Positions 20,013 to 28,700 of a DNA stretch of 64,000 nucleotides are shown here, one piece after another. The translations under genes were made by a program, and so were the position numbers. The stretch lies in NCBI GenBank assembly GCA_041399065.1, contig JAWKTN010000003.1, positions 87,511 to 151,510 of the forward strand, written 5' to 3'. Every line of letters begins with the position of its first letter. Position 1 is the stretch's first letter. The stretch is from Pirellulaceae bacterium. Lineage in GTDB: Bacteria; Planctomycetota; Planctomycetia; Pirellulales; Pirellulaceae. The notes below the pieces were generated by a model that did no database searches, was not told the DNA's origin, and saw nothing but the letters and a program-made list of their open reading frames with translations.

Positions 20013-20903
20013 ATGAAATCACCCATTGTATCCCTTTTAGCACTCCTTACCGCGATCGCGGTACCGTTGGCGGTCATGGCACCTGGACGTTCGGTCCGGT
20101 GTTCTCCCGCCGCAGACGTGGCGAGCACCGGCGGGCCAGCGCGCGTGAAATTTCGGGCCACATCTTGCCAGTTTGTCTTTGTGCTACCAGCACCGCCAGA
20201 CGTGACGCTGTCGGACTTGCCATCGGGAGCCGAATCGAAATTGGTCGGATGGCAGGGATCGGAGTCTTGGGGGTGGTGCGTCGCACGGTCGACCCAGTGG
20301 ATGCAGGTTATGGGCGGCAAACTGTCGATGGCCGTTTCCGACGCTCACCGCGGCGTCGTTCAGTACACTCAATACGCTCGCGACCTGAGGGGTGTGATGG
20401 GACGGATCGAATCGGCGATCCAGGAGGTACCGTCACGCGAAATCATGCCAATGGATGCCTACGCCTGGGAATTGATCGAACCGAGGGCAGACGGCGTTGT
20501 CGCGGAGTTGATTGAGGCACCGCGGGAGGACGCCACGACGGCCGCGACGGACTTGGTGGTTGCCGTGAAGCTGTTTCAGCTGGCGGGCGCTCAGGCGACC
20601 AAGGCGTCGCAGGAAGGGCTGCCGGCCGAAATAAAGCAGCGGTATTGGCAGGCGGTGACGGACTTCAAGCAAGACTTCTATGCGATGGCAGACCGGATTG
20701 CTTGGGCGGACCGGGCGGACCGATCGGAGGCGGAACGTGAGCGGGACGTTCATGAGCGGATGTTGTTGACGCTGTCGGACGCGTTGGACCGAGCGGGGAT
20801 ACAATTGCGCGAGCTTGCCGAATCCGTCGGCAAACTGGCCCAAAACCAGCGATTGGCGCGTTACGCTGCCAGCCGACAGGCGCGTCTTGCGCCGTCCAAG
20901 TAA
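20013..20903 (+). CDS. Hypothetical secreted protein
   Basis: 296 aa with an N-terminal signal peptide (LLALLTAIAVPLAVMA). No recognisable domain. Coding status is moderate. Confidence 0.45.
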   Translation: MKSPIVSLLALLTAIAVPLAVMAPGRSVRCSPAADVASTGGPARVKFRATSCQFVFVLPAPPDVTLSDLPSGAESKLVGWQGSESWGWCVARSTQWMQVMGGKLSMAVSDAHRGVVQYTQYARDLRGVMGRIESAIQEVPSREIMPMDAYAWELIEPRADGVVAELIEAPREDATTAATDLVVAVKLFQLAGAQATKASQEGLPAEIKQRYWQAVTDFKQDFYAMADRIAWADRADRSEAERERDVHERMLLTLSDALDRAGIQLRELAESVGKLAQNQRLARYAASRQARLAPSK

Positions 20904-21334
20904 CCACCGCTACCGCCCCCTCACGACGGTCGCCTCGCCCCAACTCTTCCCGCCATAGGGAGTTGCGGCGAGGCGAAACGCGATTTCACGGCGTGTTCTG
21001 GGTAATTCCTTACGAGAGCGAGTGGGCCCCGTCCACTTCTTTTTTTGGCAGCCCATTTGTGGCAGCCCGCCATCAATTCCGCATCAATTCCGAACGTTCC
21101 ATCCCCCGAACCGCAGAAAACGCGGAAATTTTCGAAACTTGTAGCATAACCGTGGGGATGTGAATACAATAGGGCTTAACGTCTCGGCAAGAAAACCGTG
21201 ACGGTCGTCAGCATTCGACATTGGCAAAAAATTCGACATTAACAAACATCAGGCCGTTCAGCGATTTTCGTGGGCTGCTCCCTCGGAACAGAGATAGCCC
21301 GTACATACTTTCAGCAAAATGTGGAGTCCCAGAT

Positions 21335-24300
21335 ATGTTCCCACGTATCCGTTCGCAACGATCGTTTGCCATGTTGGCCTTCGGCACCTGGGTCGTGTCG
21401 ACATGGTTGACAACCGCCGCGGTAGCGGACCAGCAGGCAATGCTGGCCACCTACGATCAGCGGGGGGAAACGTATTTTGCCCTGGGTCTGCAACCGGGAC
21501 AGGAATTGGCACCAGCGGCAGCGCGCGACGTGGTGGTGTTGTTTGACACCTCGGCCAGCCAAACGGGTGTGTACCGCGACGATGCGCTGGCGGCGTTGGA
21601 GGAACTGGGCAGTCGATTGTCATCACAGGATCGCGTCCGATTGGTGGCGGTCGATATTCGGCCAGCGGATGTGACGGGGGAGTTTGTGGCGGCGAATTCG
21701 GACGCTTACCAGGCAGCGGTCGTGGCACTGGAGCAACGCGTTCCGCTTGGAGCCACAGACATGTCACTGGCGTTGTCGTATGCCGTCAAGTGTTTTGTGA
21801 AAGAGACGGCCGGTGTTCACCGAGTCGTATACATTGGCGATGGTCTCAGTCGGGCGAACCTGTTGGATTCGAAGGAGTTTGCCGAGTTGAGTGAGCAGCT
21901 AGTATCGCTGCGGGTGTCGGTATCGGCGTTTGCGATTGGTCCGCAAAGTGACATTGCTTTATTGGCGGCGATCTGCAATCAAACGGGGGGCAATCTGTTG
22001 ATCGACAATCCTGAAATCACCCCTCAAGCGGCGGGGCTTGAATTGGCCCGTTCCGTGTTGGGTGCCGTTGCCTGGCCCACGGATGTCCAACTGCCAGAAC
22101 AATTGGCTCAGGTTTATCCGACGCAACTTCCTCCGTTGCGATCTGATCGTGACACGATTTTGGTAGGTACATTGTCGAATCGTTCGGAACAGCCGTTGCC
22201 GGTCCAGGTGACGGCTTCCGTGGACGGCAAACCGACCACACTGAAATGGTCGGTCGCGCCCGCGGTTTCCAATGACGATCATGCGTACCTGCCGCGGCTG
22301 TTGGAATTGGCCGAGGCCGATCAAGGGCGCACGTTGCCTACGCTTGGCAGCGATGGACTGCGGGAAGTTCGCCGACTGCTGCTGGCCGACGCAGACACTT
22401 TTGCCAAACTCGGTGCCCAAGCCTTGGCCAGTGGCGACCACGAAGGCGCTCAACGGTTGGCCGACGCCGCATTGAAATTGGATCCGTCCAATTCAAAGGC
22501 GGAAGTGTTACATGCCGCCAGCGATCGGGGCCCTGTCGCCACCCCATCGCCGCTGCCCGAAGAAGACGGCGACGAGCCGGTATTGCGTTTGGGACAACGG
22601 CTTGCTCCCGATCCTTTCAATCCTTCGGGCCAAGAGGAGATTGTTGGCACGCCCGTCGAATCGCCATTCATCGATGCCCCGATTGATGGTACGGTCTTGC
22701 CGGCGCAAGCCATTGAATCGGTTCCAGCCCCGTTCGCCGGCACACCCGGTGGTGTGATCAGTGACAATGGCAGCTTCCTCAATGAAGTCGAACGCCGACG
22801 CAAGGCGATCGAAGGACGGGTCAAGGCGGAAGTTCGTGACGGGTTGGTGTCGGCACGTAACAATATGGCGACCAATCCCGAAGCGGCGATCGAAGATCTG
22901 AAACTGCTGTTGCAACAGGTCGTTCGCACGCCAGACATCGGCGCCGACACCCGCTCGCAAATGATTGAAGAATTGGAATCCGGGATTCGCGAATCGCAAC
23001 GCCGCAAATTTGAAAAGGATGAACGCGATGCCTGGGCCCTGTCCAACAAAGCTGCCGCCGAAGATCGCCAACGTATCCACGACGAGATGATGCGCGACGA
23101 AGTTCGCCTGAAGCAACTGATGGCTCGCTTTAACGCCATGATGGACGAAGGACGTTACCGAAAGGCCCTGGAAGTTGCCGTGCATGCCGAAGAATTGGAC
23201 TCGCGTGGCGTCGTTCCCCATAACGCTCGCTTGCTCGCCAACCTCGTCGGCAACTACGAACAAGCTCGCTACCTTCAACAACTCAAGGAAGAAGGCTTCA
23301 TCAACGCCATGATCGAAGTCCAACGTGCTCATATCCCGACTCCGGATGAACCACCATTGACCTACCCCAGCGCCGAAGTCTGGCAAGCGCTGACCAAACG
23401 CCGTGAGAAATGGAAGTCGATGGACCTGGCCGCCGGCAACAACCCGCAAGAAGAAAAGATCTCGCGGGCGCTCAATGAAGAGACCAGCGCCGAGTTTATC
23501 GAAACGCCATTGTCCGATGCCGTCGCTACCCTGGCGGAAAAACACGGTATCAACATCGAACTCGATACGCGCGCCCTGGAAGATATGGGCGTCGACAAGT
23601 CGACGCCCATCAGCCGCAACCTGTCGGGCATCACCCTCCGCTCCTTCCTGCGTTTGATCCTCAAAGAACTCGACCTCACCTACGTCATCCGTGACGAAGT
23701 GCTCCTCATCACGTCCCAAGAAGAAGCCGAATTGGCGCTGATCACCAAAGTCTATCCGGTCGCCGACCTTGTCCTCCCCATCAGCTCAGGAGGCATGGGC
23801 GGAATGGGTGGCATGGGCATGATGGGCGGCATGGGCGGAATGGGAATGGGCGGCATGGGAGGCGGAATGGGTGGCATGGGCATGGGTGGTATGGGCGGAA
23901 TGGGTGGTATGGGCATGGGCGGAATGGGTATGGGTGGAATGGGCATGGGTGGAATGGGAGGCATGGGCGGAATGGGAGGCATGGGCGGAATGTTCAATGT
24001 CGATGATTCCGTTTCCTTTTCGGCCTACGCTGTCGACGACACGCTCAGCTTGGGTAGCAAAGCCCCAGCGGGCGTCAACGATACTGCTCCTTCACTCGAC
24101 TCGAACGAGCTTCGTCCCATTACCTTGGAAGCGGAGCCCAATCTGACCGAAACGCAACAATGGGATCGCTACTTTACGCAACTCAACGAAAGCCCTGCAT
24201 ATCGTCAGCAATCCGACGAGCCGGGTGTGACGGTACAGCGTGAGAAGCACAACGCTCGGGTTCGCGAAACGGTCCGTCAGTTGATGAATGACAAGAAGTT

Positions 24301-25597
24301 CACTGCGGTCCAGGCGATAATCATGTCGGCCTTGCGTCACGGACATCCACAGCCGTGGATGTACGAGGCGTTGGGATTGGCGATGCAAGCCGGGGGCGCA
24401 CCGGCGGAGGACCTGGAACGAGCTTTGATGTCGACGGCGGATTTCAGCCAGACGTTGGACGAAATGTATTATCTGGCACGATATCTGTCACGAGTTGGAT
24501 TGGACGGACGCGCGTTGCAGATGTACCGCGAGATCTCCCAGGCCAATCCAACACGGCCCGAGCCGTATGTCGAGGCACTTGCGGTGGCCCAGCGAGTCCA
24601 AGATCTGGAAACGATTCAATGGGCCTGTGTCGGGATCCTGAAGCAGGCCTGGCCCAGCGACGAGGCAGTCGTCGAAGCTCGCGCACGTCGTGCCGCCGTA
24701 TTGGCAATGAAGACGCTTCAGGAAAGTGGTCGCGAGTCGGAAGCCCGCGAGTTCCGGGATGCACTTAATCGGGCCTTGGTACGCGACTGTGTTGCCAAAG
24801 TGGAATGGACCGGTAATGCCGACATCGACATCATGATCGAGGAACCGTCCGGCACGGTCTGTTCGTTACGCAATCAACGCACTGTTGCTGGCGGAGTGAT
24901 CTTGGGTGACACTTCTTCGATTGTGGGACGCCCCAATGGCAGCAACTCGTTTAACGAAACGTATGTCTGCCCCGAAGCATTTGCTGGCCGCTATCGCCTG
25001 GTCATTCGCAAGATCTGGGGAGACGTTACCGCTGGCAAGGTGACGGTTGAGATCACCAAAAACGTTGGCACGAGCCAACCCAAGACTATCCGTCAACAGA
25101 TACCGATTGGCAGCGACGACGCGATGGTCGTGTTTGACCTGGACGAAGGTCGTCGCGTAGAACCGTTGGACGAACAGCAAGTTGCCAACGCCGTTCACAA
25201 GCACATCGAGGTAGGCCGTGCCGTGTTGGCTCAGCAAGTTAGCGACACCGCCAGCAGCGACGCAGCATTGGACCTGGCCCTGGCTCGCCGTGGATTCGGT
25301 TTGGGCAACGCGAACCTGCGCAATCTGCTGGGACGTTCGGCTGTCGGATTTCAGCCTGTGATCACGACGCTTCCAGAAGGCACCACGCTATCAGCTACCG
25401 CCGTCGTCTCCTCCGATCGACGTTACGTACGGATTAACGCCACACCATTTTTCTCGGCGATCCGCGACGTGTTTACGTTCAACTTCGTCACCGGCGATCA
25501 GACGCAAGTTGAGAATAACGGCGTCGGCAACCTGGGGAACTCAGGCAACAACGGCAACAATGCCGATAACGGCGATAACGGCGACGCGGCACAGTAA
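21335..25597 (+). CDS. Large secreted VWA (MIDAS) domain protein with a secretin/TonB-N-like (STN-like) domain and a Gly/Met low-complexity tract
   Basis: Start chosen at the ATG at 21335 (MFPRIRSQR..., GGAG 7 nt upstream, signal peptide). A VWA MIDAS motif is present (VVVLFDTSASQTG). A mid-protein segment (FIETPLSDAVATLAEKHGINIELD...LDLTYVIRDEVLLITSQEEAE) resembles secretin/TonB short N-terminal domains. A 70-aa (GGM)n tract is encoded at 23782-23990. Confidence 0.8.
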   Translation: MFPRIRSQRSFAMLAFGTWVVSTWLTTAAVADQQAMLATYDQRGETYFALGLQPGQELAPAAARDVVVLFDTSASQTGVYRDDALAALEELGSRLSSQDRVRLVAVDIRPADVTGEFVAANSDAYQAAVVALEQRVPLGATDMSLALSYAVKCFVKETAGVHRVVYIGDGLSRANLLDSKEFAELSEQLVSLRVSVSAFAIGPQSDIALLAAICNQTGGNLLIDNPEITPQAAGLELARSVLGAVAWPTDVQLPEQLAQVYPTQLPPLRSDRDTILVGTLSNRSEQPLPVQVTASVDGKPTTLKWSVAPAVSNDDHAYLPRLLELAEADQGRTLPTLGSDGLREVRRLLLADADTFAKLGAQALASGDHEGAQRLADAALKLDPSNSKAEVLHAASDRGPVATPSPLPEEDGDEPVLRLGQRLAPDPFNPSGQEEIVGTPVESPFIDAPIDGTVLPAQAIESVPAPFAGTPGGVISDNGSFLNEVERRRKAIEGRVKAEVRDGLVSARNNMATNPEAAIEDLKLLLQQVVRTPDIGADTRSQMIEELESGIRESQRRKFEKDERDAWALSNKAAAEDRQRIHDEMMRDEVRLKQLMARFNAMMDEGRYRKALEVAVHAEELDSRGVVPHNARLLANLVGNYEQARYLQQLKEEGFINAMIEVQRAHIPTPDEPPLTYPSAEVWQALTKRREKWKSMDLAAGNNPQEEKISRALNEETSAEFIETPLSDAVATLAEKHGINIELDTRALEDMGVDKSTPISRNLSGITLRSFLRLILKELDLTYVIRDEVLLITSQEEAELALITKVYPVADLVLPISSGGMGGMGGMGMMGGMGGMGMGGMGGGMGGMGMGGMGGMGGMGMGGMGMGGMGMGGMGGMGGMGGMGGMFNVDDSVSFSAYAVDDTLSLGSKAPAGVNDTAPSLDSNELRPITLEAEPNLTETQQWDRYFTQLNESPAYRQQSDEPGVTVQREKHNARVRETVRQLMNDKKFTAVQAIIMSALRHGHPQPWMYEALGLAMQAGGAPAEDLERALMSTADFSQTLDEMYYLARYLSRVGLDGRALQMYREISQANPTRPEPYVEALAVAQRVQDLETIQWACVGILKQAWPSDEAVVEARARRAAVLAMKTLQESGRESEAREFRDALNRALVRDCVAKVEWTGNADIDIMIEEPSGTVCSLRNQRTVAGGVILGDTSSIVGRPNGSNSFNETYVCPEAFAGRYRLVIRKIWGDVTAGKVTVEITKNVGTSQPKTIRQQIPIGSDDAMVVFDLDEGRRVEPLDEQQVANAVHKHIEVGRAVLAQQVSDTASSDAALDLALARRGFGLGNANLRNLLGRSAVGFQPVITTLPEGTTLSATAVVSSDRRYVRINATPFFSAIRDVFTFNFVTGDQTQVENNGVGNLGNSGNNGNNADNGDNGDAAQ
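23782..23990. repeat. Imperfect 9/12-bp repeats (ggcatgggcggaatgggtggc...) encoding an uninterrupted ~70-aa Gly/Met tract
   Basis: Direct read. The antisense ORF 23752..23997 (PMPPIPP...) is its mirror artefact. Confidence 0.9.
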
Positions 25598-25730
25598 ATG
25601 TTCCACGGTGGTCCCCAGCCGTGAACAGAAAGCAGTGGCCTCGACAAAGACCGTGGCGGGTGTCCGCTGTTGCGCCAATGGCGTCAGACCCACCCCCTGC
25701 GTATCACGTGCGGGTTCAATGCGCGGGGCG

Positions 25731-28700
25731 CTACGCGTTTTCCTCGGTTTCGTCGCCGTTTGCCTTTTCCATTTTGGCGATCAGTGCCGAGTAGGCTTGC
25801 ATGGCCTGGTGGACGCTTTGTCGCAGGGACTCGGTGTCCGCCTGCGTTGATCGTGACAGTTGGAGAAACGGCTGGATCCACCCGTCCATCACAGCGAATT
25901 GCGCCTTGATCACCTCCAGGAAAACCTTGGGCACCTTGTAGGCCACTTGGATTTGCGGGACTTGGATCTGGGGTGCCGGTGGTGGCGTCGGATCGGACAC
26001 AACGGGAACCGGCGGATGCTGCTTCTGTTCCACAAGTTGGCGGGCACCGGCAACGAGTGCCTCACGAATATGATGCAACCCTTCGCTGAAGGTTGTCATT
26101 TGAGCAATCACCTGTGTCATGCGGTCGCCGTCGTCGGTGCTGCCGAGCAATAGATTGCGTTGAAACCGACGACAGATTTCTTGCCAACGTTTTGTCTGTT
26201 CGTCGTCAAGCAGCCCCAACAGTTGACGCAGTTTCAGGAGGTTGGCTTCCGCGTCGGTGGCCAACGTCTGAGCCTGATTCTCGTAGTGCGACAGGATCAA
26301 CTGCTGCAATTCGTCGTCGTTCATCACGGCGACGACGCGTTCCGCCAATTTGTTCATATCGCGGTAGGAGCCCTGCAGCTTGAACGGGGGTTCGGTGCGA
26401 TAGGCAGCGGATTGAGCGGCCGACTGGATGTACTGCTGATTGACTCGCAAGACGACATTGCGCAGTTGAATCAACTTGCGCACGACCGAGACCATTTCGT
26501 TCAATTCGTCGACTGAGTACGTTGCCTCCAAGTCGATTCCCTCGGGCGAATCGGTTTGCGCCAGTTTAATGATGGCGGTCAGGTCCTTGGAGCTTCGCCC
26601 CGCGATAATCGACAAGACGGGGTTGCTCGTCATAGCATTTTCGAGATAACTCAGCTCGAATGCCTCGCGAGAATCTCCGATAACATCGCCCAGGTTGTAG
26701 GTATCGGCTCGGTTGGCCAACATGTCGGGTACCTGAAACTTTTCGCCACTTTCCGTGTACGGATTCCCGGCCATGACGACGGCGACCTTGCGGCCCCGCA
26801 GGTCGTACGTGCGTGGTTGACCATGGTATACGCCTTCGATCTTGCGTTGAGCGTCGCAAAGTGAAATGAATTTTTGCAGGAATTCGGGATGACAATGTTG
26901 AATATCATCAACGTAAATCATCACATTGTCGCCCATCTCCAGTGACAGATTCAGTTTCTCGACTTCCTGGCGGGCGCTGGCGTTGGGCGCTTCGGCCGGA
27001 TCGAGTGATCGCACCTGATGTCCGACCGCCGGACCGTTAATCTTGACGAAGGTGATTCCCAAACGGTTAGCGACATATTCCATCAGCGTCGTTTTGCCGT
27101 AGCCGGGTGGCGAAATCAGCATCAATAGCCCCATCAGATCGGTCCGTTTCGCGTCGCCGGCCGCACCGATTTGCTTGGCGAGGTTGTCGCCGATCAAGGG
27201 GAGATACACCTGATCGATCAACCGATTGCGGACAAAGGAAGTCAACACACGCGGATGAAATTCTTCCAGCCGCAACAGTTTTCGTTTACGGGACGTCAAC
27301 TGATGTTTGGTTTCGACATACTGCTGGTATCGTGGTACAACGTCGCACCGGTACGCATTCAATCGCTGATGAAACGCCGAATAATCCAATTGATAGGCGT
27401 GACCTTGCAACCGGGGATGGTCACCGACAAGTCCTTCGACGACAACAACGTCGTCGCCTCCCAGGACGGGCCGCTGCTTTAATCCGCCGTTGAGCACAAC
27501 CGCTGTCGCCTCGTCGATATCACCGGGTCGCCAGTCGTCCGAGGACGCATCTGTTGTTGCGGCGATCCATTCGCGCAAGGAGCGGAATCGATCACCACTG
27601 GCCAGCGATTCGAGCGTCCCTTGGACTTCGTCCTGGAATCCATCACGGCGCGATTGTTCGTCGAATGCCTTGACGATTCGAGCGGCCCGTGGTCCGACAG
27701 GTAGCAGGGAAGATTGAACGACCAAGTCGAAACAGCACTTCGCCGCATGCTCGACGATATCGACGTCAAACAATGACGACTTCTCCACGAACCTGGTGAT
27801 CTTCCGCTGTAGCAAGTCAATCGCTTGCTGCCGATGTTTTGACTGGGGAAATCGCCGGGCGACGGCCCCGGCCGATCGAATCCGGGAAACGGTGCGACGT
27901 GATGGACTGTCACTTTCTTGACGGTCGAGCAGTGTCTGCCAAAATAAAGCCACAAGCGCCCGTGTTTCTGGCGCGTAACGCAGGAACCCGGCCTGAAGTC
28001 GTTGATGCAGCAAGGCTCGCAACAACTTGAGTGCATCGTGATCGTGAACGCCTTTTACGTACGCTTCACTGTGCCGCGAGGCCATGAATTCATGTACGTG
28101 GTCCCGCAATTGATCGTCGGTGGAGCGTGACAGTCGATTGAGTTCCGCCGTTCCCTCGGCTTCGCCCTGTTGAAGCAGTTGATACGCCAGATACTCGGCT
28201 CGATACACGTCGCGATTCTCGGCAACGGTCTCTTGATCCCATACAAGTCGGCACTCGTCTAACGTTGGGTCCTCGATCTGTTCCAGAAAATTGGTGCCGG
28301 TAAGGTGGAAGAAGTGCCCTTGTTCCCTGCGGATGATCGTGAGGTCCAACGGTTGGACGTTGACGGTGAACCGGTGCTTACCCAGTTGTATGATATTCTC
28401 GCCATCGACAAACAACTCCTGCCGATCTTTCAATTGACGAACGGCATCCTCGCGAATTGTCTTCAGCTGGCTTTGGATGTCGTCCACTTTAACGGAATCT
28501 TCCAACTCGGCCAGCTGCCGAACGATGTCGCGGACTTTATCGACCATCAAGTCGGACGCAAAGTAGGCATGGATCTCGGCGACATCAGTTAGTCCCGCGA
28601 CACGCGTTTCCAGTCCTTTGAGGATCCGCTGAGCGGTCGACATCAAGGCATTCGCTCGTCGATTGCGTGACTCTACCAACGCAACTTTGCGGCTTTCAAA

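Noticed and set aside
22508-23719. 403-aa and 229-aa minus-strand ORFs (22508..23719, 22450..23139) inside the VWA giant gene
   Set aside because: Antisense to a strongly supported 1420-aa coding frame. Composition is biased towards Arg/Gly/Ala with no motifs.
23752-23997. ORF encoding PMPPIPPMPP...
   Set aside because: Mirror image of the Gly/Met repeat on the opposite strand. Not independent.
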